DNA of 46,598 nt from positions 1-46,598 of the IMG/VR virus record IMGVR_UViG_3300000932_000036, one strand, 5' to 3'. The notes under the pieces are model-generated. The model was not told the DNA's origin and ran no database searches. It was given only the letters and a program-made list of their open reading frames with translations. The position numbers were made by a program, and so were the translations under genes. This DNA comes from a virus. Its lineage: Duplodnaviria; Caudoviricetes. Positions 9,559-18,893 of the stretch are shown piece after piece (the stretch's first letter is position 1; each line of letters starts with the position of its first letter).

Positions 9559-10150
9559 GGTCTTGATCGTTTGGTCTGCGTGGATCTTCTTTTCGCCGAT
9601 GTTCCGGATCTATATGCTCTAAAAAGTCATCCCCATGGGGAGATTGGAAATCTGTATTTCTGGGAGCCGGCTTTCCTGTCAGATCATTGAAATCACCCGA
9701 CTCGTTGAATCCTTCGAATCGCTTCAAAATGAATTTTGGGACGAGTTTTTTATTGATTTTCCCAAGGTTTCGCATGATGCTGATCGCCTCAACAATGATC
9801 ACTCCTGCATAGATCACCATCTTGAAATAATAACCTCCTGGGATCACTACTCCGGATACTTCAAAGTTTTCGAGAACATGTCCTAGAACCATGAGTGATC
9901 CATAGACTACAAACTTTATAAAGATTCCTGCCAGCTTACCTGGTGATACCTGTCTACGAGATACTGCAAAACCAAATCCTAGCAACGTATCTAAAACGAC
10001 CAAAACCAATAGCCAGATCAAGAAAGGCCAGTCTGAAAAAATATATCGCTCAATGAAAATGAGGATGGGAGCAAAGAAAATTCCCCATCGTGACTTGTCG
10101 GCCACCTCGTGGGCGAGCTCAGCAGATTTTTGCAATATGAAATGAAGCAC
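9539..10150 (-). CDS. Phage holin (holin_4-like)
   Basis: Several TM segments with VVLDTLLG and EAISIMRNLGKI motifs. Start placed at GTG 10150 because the ORF-track TTG at 10186 lies within the predicted -7 box. Confidence 0.8.
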   Translation of the reverse strand: MLHFILQKSAELAHEVADKSRWGIFFAPILIFIERYIFSDWPFLIWLLVLVVLDTLLGFGFAVSRRQVSPGKLAGIFIKFVVYGSLMVLGHVLENFEVSGVVIPGGYYFKMVIYAGVIIVEAISIMRNLGKINKKLVPKFILKRFEGFNESGDFNDLTGKPAPRNTDFQSPHGDDFLEHIDPEHRRKEDPRRPNDQDHANTDY

Positions 10151-10182
10151 GGAAACGTTGGTCAGGTCTTGAAAACTTGAAT

Positions 10183-10217
10183 CCAAAGTAGTGGCAAGGG
10201 GTACTTTCAGAAAGGAC
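10183..10217 (-). promoter_or_regulatory. Putative phage late promoter (lysis cassette)
   Basis: Minus strand GTCCTTT-N20-TACTTTGG. Confidence 0.65.
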
Positions 10218-10222
10218 AGATT

Positions 10223-12412
10223 TTACAGCATGCAATCCCCATCGGTCGAGCAGCTTCCACCGGAGCTGACCGATACTCCATTGACCGACTCGACTCCTTC
10301 ACCTCCCTGGATCAATACCGGGGCTATCTCGGAGCAAACCAGAATCAGGGTATCATCCCCATCCTCAAACTGATCAAATAGCAGGTAATTCTGAGTCAGC
10401 AGGCTTTGGCCAGGACGCTGGATCCGAATATCAAAGTCATCTGTCTCCGAATCAAAGTTGAGCGTATCGATCGTAATGGTGTAGCATGTCCCGGTAGATG
10501 GCTGTGGTACGGAGCTGCCCGGTTGCCATACTGAGCCATCACTGTAGCTTGGCTCTCCATCTCCCGGTATCGGTGCCTCGATCAGCTCAGCCTGTGCCAA
10601 AAACACGTCATCTTTTCCGATCGGGATGGTCAGCTTCTCGATCCACCAGAGCTTGCCTCTAAGCAGGACTTTCTGACGCAAATCGATTTGCTTGATCTGA
10701 CCTGGCGTGAAGATCAAAGAGCCAAAAGCCCTCAGACGGTCACGCTCATGCCAGTCCTTATATTGTTTGTGATAATTATAGATCAGACCATCAGCTCCAT
10801 CCCAGGCAAGCGAAAGCTCACCCATCCGGATACCGGTGGGACTATAATTGTGATAGGAGAGATAGGGATAATCGACGAGCTCATTGCCAAAAGAGCCGTT
10901 AGGAGTCAAGCCCTGGTACAGCATGATCGAAGGCTTGTAGCTCGGGTCTTTGCTCCCGGAGAAGAGCGGCTGATAGAGCGGAAAGAGATCGATCGGAGAA
11001 TCGGAATTCTTAAAGTCCTGCAGATTATCGGAAGGCACCATCTGCAAAGGGCCCAGAGCAACTGAGATGTCAAAGCCTTCCCTAGCCACCGAACCATAAA
11101 GCCCGTGGTTCTTGACTTCGTAGCTGTATTTATTCAGCTCTGGATTCGCATCCCAGTAAAGACTTTGCTTCTTTAGGATGAGTTGGCCAGTGGTCTGAAT
11201 ATAATATACCTGCTCCAATGTGTCCGGATCCACAGGCGCATCGAGCAGCTCCTGGATAGTGCCCAGGACAAACTCCGGGTCTACTTCAGGCTTCTTTTCC
11301 GAAAACTCCTGATAGCCGTACACATAGTTTTGTGCTGGTTCGCGTGATAGGATCAGTCTCGAACCCAAGCGAGCATTCCAGTCCTGGAAAGATTCATCAT
11401 TGATCAGGTCCTTGTTGTACCGGATCTGAAAGCGGGTAGTAGGACCATCCTGAATGCGGAATAGCGTCATGCAAAACATATTCATCGCCGAATGCAGCAC
11501 ATCTGCGGCGGTGACGGTGGACTGGAAAGTGCCTAGGTTAAAGTACAGCTCTTCGGCGGGACTGGAAGCATTGGGATAGTCATTGTCAACCAGTATTCCT
11601 TTCCACTTGATCACGATATCATCCCGGAAATTAGGATGATAGTGAGCTGTCAAGACAAGCTTGGAAAGCTCCTCATCGAGGAAAGGATTCTCCTCATCGG
11701 GGAGTTCCAGAACGATCTTGAATAGTTCCGAAAGCCTGATCTGCGGATACATCACCGTATGGGTGGGAATGGCCAGCTCCCCGGGAATGATGTTTTCCTT
11801 CAGCCGCGTATCATTGCCCCCGATAAATGCCCAAGCATTGAAGAAATTGTTTTGCCCGAAGAGAATATTGACAAAGAGCTCGGTGCCGTCAAAGGATCTG
11901 GTCTCACGGCTTCCTGTCTGTCTGATCGGCGCAGCAGCAAAGACATGCTTATTGCGATGCGCTTCAAAAAACAGCAGGCCGTAATTATACCGCGGCTGAC
12001 CTACTCCCGGAAAGTCCTCCGTGCGGTGCTCGTAGTCCGCTTCGCCAAACTCATAGCGACCGAGATCCAACTCATTCATCGGCTGACGGGCTTTGGCCAG
12101 ATTATCCACTGCCTGGAAATTGGCCGAAAGCTTACCCGATATCTCCCGGATGATCAGCGAACCATAGTAAAGCACAAGTGCACCCACACCCAGCACGGCT
12201 CCGGAATATTCCCAAGAGCGATTGGCAAGATTGACCCGGTCGGGATGCTCAAATAGTTTACGGTTTGACTCCGTCAGCGGAAAGTCAAAGGATGTCGTGT
12301 AGGGGAATGGCGTGCGGTTTTGGATCAGGATGGGGCACTCCATCACCAGCTCGACATTGAAGTCCAGGGGAAGATCCAGCTTTTGTCCGTTTACTTTGAT
12401 ATATACACTCAT
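10223..12412 (-). CDS. Tail tip / minor tail protein (729 aa)
   Basis: Directly follows the tape measure gene with a 4-nt overlap. N-terminus INVNGQKLDLP-like with a YTTSFDFPLT pattern seen in siphovirus tail proteins. Confidence 0.7.
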   Translation of the reverse strand: MSVYIKVNGQKLDLPLDFNVELVMECPILIQNRTPFPYTTSFDFPLTESNRKLFEHPDRVNLANRSWEYSGAVLGVGALVLYYGSLIIREISGKLSANFQAVDNLAKARQPMNELDLGRYEFGEADYEHRTEDFPGVGQPRYNYGLLFFEAHRNKHVFAAAPIRQTGSRETRSFDGTELFVNILFGQNNFFNAWAFIGGNDTRLKENIIPGELAIPTHTVMYPQIRLSELFKIVLELPDEENPFLDEELSKLVLTAHYHPNFRDDIVIKWKGILVDNDYPNASSPAEELYFNLGTFQSTVTAADVLHSAMNMFCMTLFRIQDGPTTRFQIRYNKDLINDESFQDWNARLGSRLILSREPAQNYVYGYQEFSEKKPEVDPEFVLGTIQELLDAPVDPDTLEQVYYIQTTGQLILKKQSLYWDANPELNKYSYEVKNHGLYGSVAREGFDISVALGPLQMVPSDNLQDFKNSDSPIDLFPLYQPLFSGSKDPSYKPSIMLYQGLTPNGSFGNELVDYPYLSYHNYSPTGIRMGELSLAWDGADGLIYNYHKQYKDWHERDRLRAFGSLIFTPGQIKQIDLRQKVLLRGKLWWIEKLTIPIGKDDVFLAQAELIEAPIPGDGEPSYSDGSVWQPGSSVPQPSTGTCYTITIDTLNFDSETDDFDIRIQRPGQSLLTQNYLLFDQFEDGDDTLILVCSEIAPVLIQGGEGVESVNGVSVSSGGSCSTDGDCML

Positions 12413-15400
12413 AGCGTCGCATCTTTACGGATAGCCTCCAGTTCCTTCTGCCTCTCTTCGAGTCCACGCTTGCCTGTGATACTCACATCAGCCGCGATCG
12501 GACGGCGAAGGCGCTCATTGAGCTGATTGATCGCTTTGGTGTTAGACTTGATCATCACCATGATCTCTGGATAGAAACCCATCCCCATGCCAGAGCTAGT
12601 CGGTGAATCCGTGGCAGTCTCGGAGGATAACCTTCCCCCTTTGCGCCTACCGGGAATTGCACGACGGAGTTCGCGGTTTTCCTCCAGGACACGGAATAGA
12701 TTCAGTGATGATATCTGCCCAAGTCGCTGAGCCGTATCGATGGCATCGAGTACCGGTGCCACGGTGGGATTGTTCACGGCCTCATTCGATGCGACAAACT
12801 CCCGTCCAGACTCGCCGGTGATCACGGTGGGACGATCGACAAAGCCACGGTGATTGGCCCTTTTTCGAGCGCGGAATCTTCTTCCATCCTGGGAACGGAC
12901 CACATCGAGGAATCCCCCGTCCTCAGCTCCCGGGATCTCCGGAAGCGGCGTCCGCATGATTGTACCGATCTGAAGAGCTCCCATCGCTCCCACGAGAATA
13001 GATAAGGCCACATTGGGCAGAGCTGCAGCAATCGCCGAGGCCGTATTGACGATGGCGGACATTAAGGCAACGTTGCGCTCACGCTTTGCAGCGTTGCGGT
13101 CATGCTCCGCCTTCTTTCTTTCCAGGTCCGCATCGAGTGCGGCCACCTGCTGGGTGTATTGATTTTGTGAGATATAGCCCTGATCCAGACGGGTCTTGAG
13201 GGCTTGCTTTTTCTTCTCGTTTGACCTTTCGAATTCCGCGAGTTCGCGCTTCTCACCGGCATTGACAAAAGTGGCGTATTGGGCATAGGCGGAGATCATG
13301 GCTTGGGCTCCCATGACCAGTTCATTGATACCAGTCTTGCCGGCCTCCATTCGCTCAAAGAAGATTTCCCAATCCTCCGGAGTAAAGCCCAATACATCGA
13401 CATTGCGAGCTCTTAGTCCTCGGTCCTCTGCGATTTCGGTACCGGATCCCAATCCCATTTCAGATAGGAGCAGTTTGACTTGCGCAAGCTTTTCTTCCAG
13501 TACCTGTACCTCTTCATCGGAGAGTACCTGATCAGCCAGATCTATTCCCTGGAAGGTACCGGTGGCCAGCGATTGCTCGAGCTCGGCCTGAAGGCTTTCC
13601 AAATGCCGACGCATGAGTTCCTCTTCTTCCCGCTGGAATTTCTTGTCAATCTCCCGCTGTGCCTGGCGCATGTTTTGAATACCTGCCAATGCATCTGCTG
13701 AAAGCTCGTCTTCAAGCAGAGCCCTAGCCTGAGCCATGGTTTTGACTTCTTTGAATTGCTCATTATGAGAAATCCGCAAGGCCTCGAGCTCCCGTTCAAA
13801 GCCATATTGTTTTTGCTCCAGAGCCTTTTGCATGGCTTGGGCATCGATGGTGCTGAGATTGTCGTAAAACTGCAGCTGTAGAGCTTCGAACACCTGAAAC
13901 TCCTGATCAGTCATTTCTTCTCGCCTCTTGCCTGCCAGTCCAGCCTGCTCCAAACGACGCTGATGCGCTAGGTTTTCCTGCTCGATGAAAGAAAGCTGAG
14001 ATTCCAAAACACGCTGTTGATATTCTTGCTGCCTTTGAAGCAGAGCTTCGGCCTCTCTATCCTCTTTGATTCGCTGATCAGTTTTCGCCTTTGAAACTTT
14101 GGTTGAGGACTGGATCTGATACTTTGCCAATTCATCCTGGATTCGCTTTTGCTCTTCGGCATTTTTACGAAGGGATTCAGTATCAACCACGTTGATTTTT
14201 TCCCGGTCTTCCTGAAGCTTTTTTAGCTTATCATTCAGACTTTGGATAGTCGTGATCTGCTCAGGCGAACCACCTCCTCCGGTGGTATTTGTATTCAGGT
14301 TTAAGTCAGGACGATCCGTGTTTTCTTTGATAAATGCCGATAGGAGCTGTTCCTGTTCGCGGATCTCTTTAGCTCCTTCAGCAAACTTGGAAGCGATCAC
14401 ATTTGATTTACCAGTGACAAATGCTTGAAGGTTTTCCCAAAAACTCAAATCAGAAGACTCTTTGGCAAGGTCTAGTTTTCGTTTTTCGAGTTCAACAAGT
14501 TTTTCCTCTGCTGCTTGGACACGAGCTTTCCGGATCAAGGAATTGATATAGTCATCAGTAGCTTTTTTGGCAGCTTCTGTATTTACCGTTTCCAAATTAA
14601 GATTCGAAAAATAATCTGGAGAGATTTGATTAAGCTTCTGAAGTGCTGCAAGTCTTTCCTCATCCGACCTTGTCTTATCTTGGGCAACAGCAATCAGTTT
14701 TTCAATTTCTAACCGCTCACGAATGACTGATTTCTCAGCCTCCCTTGATATTTCATTGACAGCTCGCTGTGCTTTTTCAGCAGCAGTTAGAGACTTGGAC
14801 CAGTTATAAACTGCCACGCCAAGACCGATGACTAAAGCCGCTACTGCTGCATATGGATTCGCTGCAGCCACACTATTGACGATCCGCATAGCCTGAGCAG
14901 CTCCTTTTAAGTTGCCAGTCAGAAGCATTTGAGCAGCCGCCAAAAGTTGAGTAGCGATCAGCTGGGCATTATCCCAGAATATCTTTGCCTTTGCCAGAAG
15001 AATGCTCGCCTGAGCTTGCTTATTCTGGATGAAAACCACGGCATTATAAGCGGCCACAGCAGCGACCAGGCTAAGTATCGCCGTTCTGTTTTTCATGAAA
15101 AAGTCCAGTGCACTGGTTAGAATCCGAACGAAATAAGAAAATCCGGAAGTCGACATGGTCATGACCGGCATTAGCTTTTCCCCAAGCTCAACCACCATAG
15201 CCTGGAGACCTTTTCGAGCCTTCTCAAGCTTAGCCGCGGCAGTTTCATTTTTGACGTTGAATTCGTCAGTCAAGGAAGTACCCTCAGCAAAGGAAACATT
15301 TGCCAAATCCTGCTGCTGTCTGAGCGTCTCGGTATTGTTTGCCAAAACGGCAATCACAGAAGTAGCTCTGGCACCATCGATGCCAAGATCTCCCATGTTG

Positions 15401-16620
15401 TTGATCATTTCCGAGAGTCCGGAATTATTACCTCTTACACCTTCAAGGAATCGAATAAATGCCTCATTTGCGTCTTTGTTCAAGAGATCAGAAAAATCCT
15501 CAATCGACATGCCTGCCAGCTTGGCAAATTCCGCAGTGTTGGTAAACATCTTCGGAATTAGATTATTAAATGTAGTTGATGAGACTTCCGAAGTCTGCCC
15601 CAATTGATCAAGTGTGGCAGCGAGTCCAAGAATCTCGGTAATGCTTATCCTTGCAGATGGGGCCATACCGGCCGTCCGCTTGGTAAATTCCACCAGGAAA
15701 CCTTCATTGGCCGTGGACGCAGCTCCCAACTCATTGATAGAAGATCCAACTTTAAGCAATGCCTGCTCCAAGGGTACTTCTTCATCGATATTGAAGATAT
15801 CCACCAGTTTGCCCACTGCATTGATGGAGTCCTCTACATCTCCTCCAAGATCCTCTTTAAGCGCCACCACGATCTTATCAGCTGAGCGGATAAAGCCTTC
15901 GACATTTTCACGGCCTTCAATACCCAGCTTACCGGCCACCCTGCCAAGGCCTAACAAGTCTTCCTGAGCAGTGCGGGTATCCAGGGATTTAAGGCTCTCA
16001 TTCATTTCGAGCACTTCGCCTTTCAGCATCCCTGTGGTCTTCATTACATCGGCCACCTTATCATCAAATTCTGCATAGGCAGTTATAGCTGCTCGCACTC
16101 CACTGATAGCTGTGTAAAATGTGGCCAATCCTGCAGTGATCACTCCGATATAGTGGTTGAATTTTCCAGCTAGATTCTGAATGCTCATGCCTGTTTTTTG
16201 AGCTCGTCCGGTGAGTTCATTGTATCGCGTAGACACTTGAGTCAGACGCTCATCATGCTTTTTCCACTCTTCAGTCAATGGAGGAGCTATATCTCGCAGC
16301 CTACGGATCCGATTCATTTCTCTACGAAGATCTGAGGCTGACATGGTATTGATATCCATTTCAGATCGCAGCTGCTTTAGCCTCGACTCGGCTAATGATA
16401 TGGCATTATTTTTCTGCTTGATTGCAGCCGTTACAGCCTTGTATTCTTTGGTGTCCTTTTTGTTTTGCTGGGCAAGTGCCTTTTGTTGGCGCTCCAAAGC
16501 CCGCAGTTCTGAAGTTGTGTCTTTAATGGAGCGTTCTAGCTCGCCTATTTCTTTTTTACCCTGATCACCATTTACAATGATGTTCAATACCAGGTCTTCA
16601 TCTCTGAGTTTTTTACCCAT
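12409..16620 (-). CDS. Tail tape measure protein (1403 aa)
   Basis: Long Ala/Leu/Glu-rich helical protein with a TP901-type core (FDDKVADVMKTTG...QEDLLGLGRVAGKLG) and hydrophobic segments. Confidence 0.93.
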   Translation of the reverse strand: MGKKLRDEDLVLNIIVNGDQGKKEIGELERSIKDTTSELRALERQQKALAQQNKKDTKEYKAVTAAIKQKNNAISLAESRLKQLRSEMDINTMSASDLRREMNRIRRLRDIAPPLTEEWKKHDERLTQVSTRYNELTGRAQKTGMSIQNLAGKFNHYIGVITAGLATFYTAISGVRAAITAYAEFDDKVADVMKTTGMLKGEVLEMNESLKSLDTRTAQEDLLGLGRVAGKLGIEGRENVEGFIRSADKIVVALKEDLGGDVEDSINAVGKLVDIFNIDEEVPLEQALLKVGSSINELGAASTANEGFLVEFTKRTAGMAPSARISITEILGLAATLDQLGQTSEVSSTTFNNLIPKMFTNTAEFAKLAGMSIEDFSDLLNKDANEAFIRFLEGVRGNNSGLSEMINNMGDLGIDGARATSVIAVLANNTETLRQQQDLANVSFAEGTSLTDEFNVKNETAAAKLEKARKGLQAMVVELGEKLMPVMTMSTSGFSYFVRILTSALDFFMKNRTAILSLVAAVAAYNAVVFIQNKQAQASILLAKAKIFWDNAQLIATQLLAAAQMLLTGNLKGAAQAMRIVNSVAAANPYAAVAALVIGLGVAVYNWSKSLTAAEKAQRAVNEISREAEKSVIRERLEIEKLIAVAQDKTRSDEERLAALQKLNQISPDYFSNLNLETVNTEAAKKATDDYINSLIRKARVQAAEEKLVELEKRKLDLAKESSDLSFWENLQAFVTGKSNVIASKFAEGAKEIREQEQLLSAFIKENTDRPDLNLNTNTTGGGGSPEQITTIQSLNDKLKKLQEDREKINVVDTESLRKNAEEQKRIQDELAKYQIQSSTKVSKAKTDQRIKEDREAEALLQRQQEYQQRVLESQLSFIEQENLAHQRRLEQAGLAGKRREEMTDQEFQVFEALQLQFYDNLSTIDAQAMQKALEQKQYGFERELEALRISHNEQFKEVKTMAQARALLEDELSADALAGIQNMRQAQREIDKKFQREEEELMRRHLESLQAELEQSLATGTFQGIDLADQVLSDEEVQVLEEKLAQVKLLLSEMGLGSGTEIAEDRGLRARNVDVLGFTPEDWEIFFERMEAGKTGINELVMGAQAMISAYAQYATFVNAGEKRELAEFERSNEKKKQALKTRLDQGYISQNQYTQQVAALDADLERKKAEHDRNAAKRERNVALMSAIVNTASAIAAALPNVALSILVGAMGALQIGTIMRTPLPEIPGAEDGGFLDVVRSQDGRRFRARKRANHRGFVDRPTVITGESGREFVASNEAVNNPTVAPVLDAIDTAQRLGQISSLNLFRVLEENRELRRAIPGRRKGGRLSSETATDSPTSSGMGMGFYPEIMVMIKSNTKAINQLNERLRRPIAADVSITGKRGLEERQKELEAIRKDATL

Positions 16621-16622
16621 TG

Positions 16623-17000
16623 TTATGGCAGTTTAAGGTCACGTTTGATCCCTTCAGCCACTTCATTGGTGAAGTCTACCATAAGCCTGTTGGCTATGGA
16701 GTAGAAGTGCCCAAAAACAAATCGATTATGAATAGGATATCGGGTGGTCTTAATACGCCTGGACTTTCGATTTCTTTTTTTGCGTTTTATGTCCAAGAAG
16801 CGCTGACGCGCGAGGTGCTTCATAGTGAGCTTCCCGTCAAAGTTGTCGGCAGTTTCTACATTAAAAATCCTGGATGACTCAGTTTTGCCTGTATGAAAAG
16901 TGAGGATTTTACGCATTGCAAGACCTTGGTTTTTCTCAAACCTGCTTGCTTCATCTTCTAATATCCTTCTGACAAATTCTTTTTTAACAATCGTGTCCAC
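16623..17000 (-). CDS. Basic hypothetical morphogenesis protein (125 aa)
   Basis: GTG start just downstream of a late-promoter motif, ends 2 nt before the tape measure start. Confidence 0.7.
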   Translation of the reverse strand: MDTIVKKEFVRRILEDEASRFEKNQGLAMRKILTFHTGKTESSRIFNVETADNFDGKLTMKHLARQRFLDIKRKKRNRKSRRIKTTRYPIHNRFVFGHFYSIANRLMVDFTNEVAEGIKRDLKLP

Positions 17001-17019
17001 CTAACGCCTATTTGATAGG

Positions 17020-17054
17020 CTAAAGTATTTCTAGCGGATGCCAGCAGAAAGGAC
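17020..17054 (-). promoter_or_regulatory. Putative phage late promoter (tail operon)
   Basis: Minus strand GTCCTTT-N20-TACTTTAG. Confidence 0.65.
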
Positions 17055-17081
17055 AAAAAATGCCCTACCATCTGGCAGGGC
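17055..17081 (-). terminator. Intrinsic terminator after the 50-aa ORF
   Basis: Minus strand GCCCTGCCA-GA-TGGTAGGGC followed by ATTTTTT. Confidence 0.7.
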
Positions 17082-17086
17082 TAAGT

Positions 17087-17239
17087 TTAAGGTTGGATAA
17101 GATTGTTTTCCGAGTCTAATACTTTGTCTGGTTTAAGACCGGTGATGGATTTGATTTCCTTGATCAATCTCTTTAAGCTAGAGAGATCCATGTGTGCCAG
17201 CTTGTACTGGATGATGAATGTTTTTGATGTTTTAGCCAT
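17087..17239 (-). CDS. Small protein (50 aa, MAKTSKTF...) apparently under antisense control
   Basis: ATG at 17239 with an AT-rich leader, followed by a terminator. Its first codons repeat the upstream GCTAAAACATCAAA element. Confidence 0.55.
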   Translation of the reverse strand: MAKTSKTFIIQYKLAHMDLSSLKRLIKEIKSITGLKPDKVLDSENNLIQP

Positions 17240-17251
17240 AATAATATTAGG

Positions 17252-17327
17252 TGGACCGGAGCTGCTAGGCACATCAAACAACGTTTAATTAAGCCCCAGG
17301 CCCTTACGGGTACCTGACTCCGATCCA
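17252..17327 (-). ncRNA. Putative c4/CI-like antisense RNA
   Basis: Closing stem TGGATCGGAG/CTCCGGTCCA, inner hairpin CAGG..CCC-GTAA-GGG-CCTG with a GNRA loop, and unpaired TGTTTGATGTGCCTAGC complementary to flanking repeats. Confidence 0.6.
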
Positions 17328-17370
17328 TGTGATAAAGGTTCATACTTTAAATGTTTGATGTTTTAGCACT

Positions 17371-17379
17371 CGAAAGATA
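17371..17379 (-). promoter_or_regulatory. -7-like box driving the antisense / small-ORF transcript
   Basis: Minus strand TATCTTTCG immediately before the first GCTAAAACATCAAACA element. Confidence 0.5.
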
Positions 17380-17421
17380 ATCCATTGCTTAAAGCTTTCA
17401 AACAAGAATTGCCTACGGCCC

Positions 17422-17745
17422 TGCGAGACATCGCACCAGTGCTCGTCTGTGCAATAAGAATCAGGCGACAGAATGTCGCCTGAGAACCAACGCTGCGCGG
17501 GCTAATCAATCGAGTTCGCTAAGGCTCACTAGAATATGGTGGGATTTTTTTTGTTTCTCATATTTCGTCAGATCGATAAAGGGCTTGCAATTGCAATTCA
17601 AGGAGAGGGCGGAGTCGGGGTCAATCTTCAGCGAAACGGGCAGGTTTTCCAAATTTTGTTTGGAAAAGCCTGATTTTCAGCGGATTAATTTAAAAATATT
17701 CTAAATAGTAGACTGATTTTCAGCCGTTTCTAGCCACTTTTCAGC
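17422..17745. other. Non-coding region rich in palindromes and repeats (candidate packaging or genome-end site)
   Basis: Hairpins at 17422-17435, 17461-17483 (perfect 10-bp stem) and 17641-17672. Palindrome TTGCAATTGCAA at 17585-17596. CTGATTTTCAGC at 17670 and 17713. Confidence 0.5.
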
Positions 17746-17864
17746 CTTTTTTGAGTCAAAAAGCCAAAAAAATATTTCGATTAAATAGGGCTTTCGGGAG
17801 TGCTTTTTTATAAGAAAAATTTACTAGGGGTTAATCATAATTAATTGATAAGCAGGGTTTTATA

Positions 17865-17896
17865 CTTGTATTTATATATACATATATGTATATTTA
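17865..17896 (+). promoter_or_regulatory. Promoter of the ArdC cassette with an overlapping 18-bp palindrome
   Basis: CTTG-N20-TATATTTA, with the perfect palindrome ATATACATATATGTATAT at 17876-17893. Confidence 0.55.
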
Positions 17897-17933
17897 TATA
17901 CATCAAATAAACAACAACTAATCAAAAAACACC

Positions 17934-18371
17934 ATGGAAAAACAGTCCAAAACCCCAGCAAATCAGCCTAACAAATCAAAGGTAGTTGCAATTGATAGCC
18001 CCGAAATCCAAGCGATGAAAAAAGAGCTTGAAGAATTGCGCGCAAAGGTCAAAGCTGAACCGCTAAGCCTAGAGGAAAAGATCAACTATTTCCAAGAGAA
18101 GCAGCGCAAAATTTCACAGCTGGCGAAGCTTGACGGGTTCGCAGAGGCTTTAGTCACAATCGGCCAGGATGCCCAGGAAGCGAGCGAGCAAGACGAATTC
18201 TTTTCTGAAAAATTCGCCGTGAGAGTAAGCAAGAGATCAAACAGCTACCGAGAGGATTATGACGATGTTTTGAAGATTCAAAACCCCGTGCTAGTCGTGG
18301 AAGTCTTGGGCTATGCTTTAGAGCGCATCAACGCCAAAAGAAACAAACTGAAAACTGAAATTGAAGCCTAA
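17934..18371 (+). CDS. Coiled-coil hypothetical protein (145 aa)
   Basis: Strong A-rich leader and charged helical sequence. First gene of a plus-strand three-gene cassette. Confidence 0.8.
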   Translation: MEKQSKTPANQPNKSKVVAIDSPEIQAMKKELEELRAKVKAEPLSLEEKINYFQEKQRKISQLAKLDGFAEALVTIGQDAQEASEQDEFFSEKFAVRVSKRSNSYREDYDDVLKIQNPVLVVEVLGYALERINAKRNKLKTEIEA

Positions 18372-18374
18372 GCC

Positions 18375-18893
18375 ATGACACAGACCGAGAACACACCCAA
18401 GAGAGAACGAAAGACCAACCCAAACAGGGAAAGACTTTTGCAGATGTCAGCAGATGCAAGAAGCCTGAAAGATCGAATGATCCAAGAAGCCGAAACAGCC
18501 GAGGAGGCTTTTTGGTGGACCGCTCAAACGCTTAATTCTATCCTTTTGAAATACTTCTATAAGGTCCCCGAGGGCATGGAATTAGGCACTTTCCACCAGT
18601 GGAAGGCTAAAGGATGCATGATCAAAAAAGGGGAAAAGGCCTTGATCATTTGGGGACAGCCACTAAGCGCACAGCGAGCCGAAAAGGCAAAAGCCAAAGG
18701 AGAGGAAGCCCCAGAGGAAGACGACAGCGGAGAATATTTTCCGATGTGCTTTTTATTCCGTGCTGATCAAGTCCTAACCCCCGAGCAGGTGGAAGCCGAA
18801 AAGACCAAACGCCAAGAGGCAAAGGAAAAGCGGGAGCAAATTTCCCAAGCTATCCAAGACCTCCAAACCGTGGATTTAGATTCTATTTTGTGA
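18375..18893 (+). CDS. ArdC-like N-terminal ssDNA-binding domain protein (DUF1738-like)
   Basis: Motif GTFHQWKAKGCMIKKGEKALIIW...FLFRADQV. Too short to carry the C-terminal zincin domain of full-length ArdC. Confidence 0.8.
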   Translation: MTQTENTPKRERKTNPNRERLLQMSADARSLKDRMIQEAETAEEAFWWTAQTLNSILLKYFYKVPEGMELGTFHQWKAKGCMIKKGEKALIIWGQPLSAQRAEKAKAKGEEAPEEDDSGEYFPMCFLFRADQVLTPEQVEAEKTKRQEAKEKREQISQAIQDLQTVDLDSIL

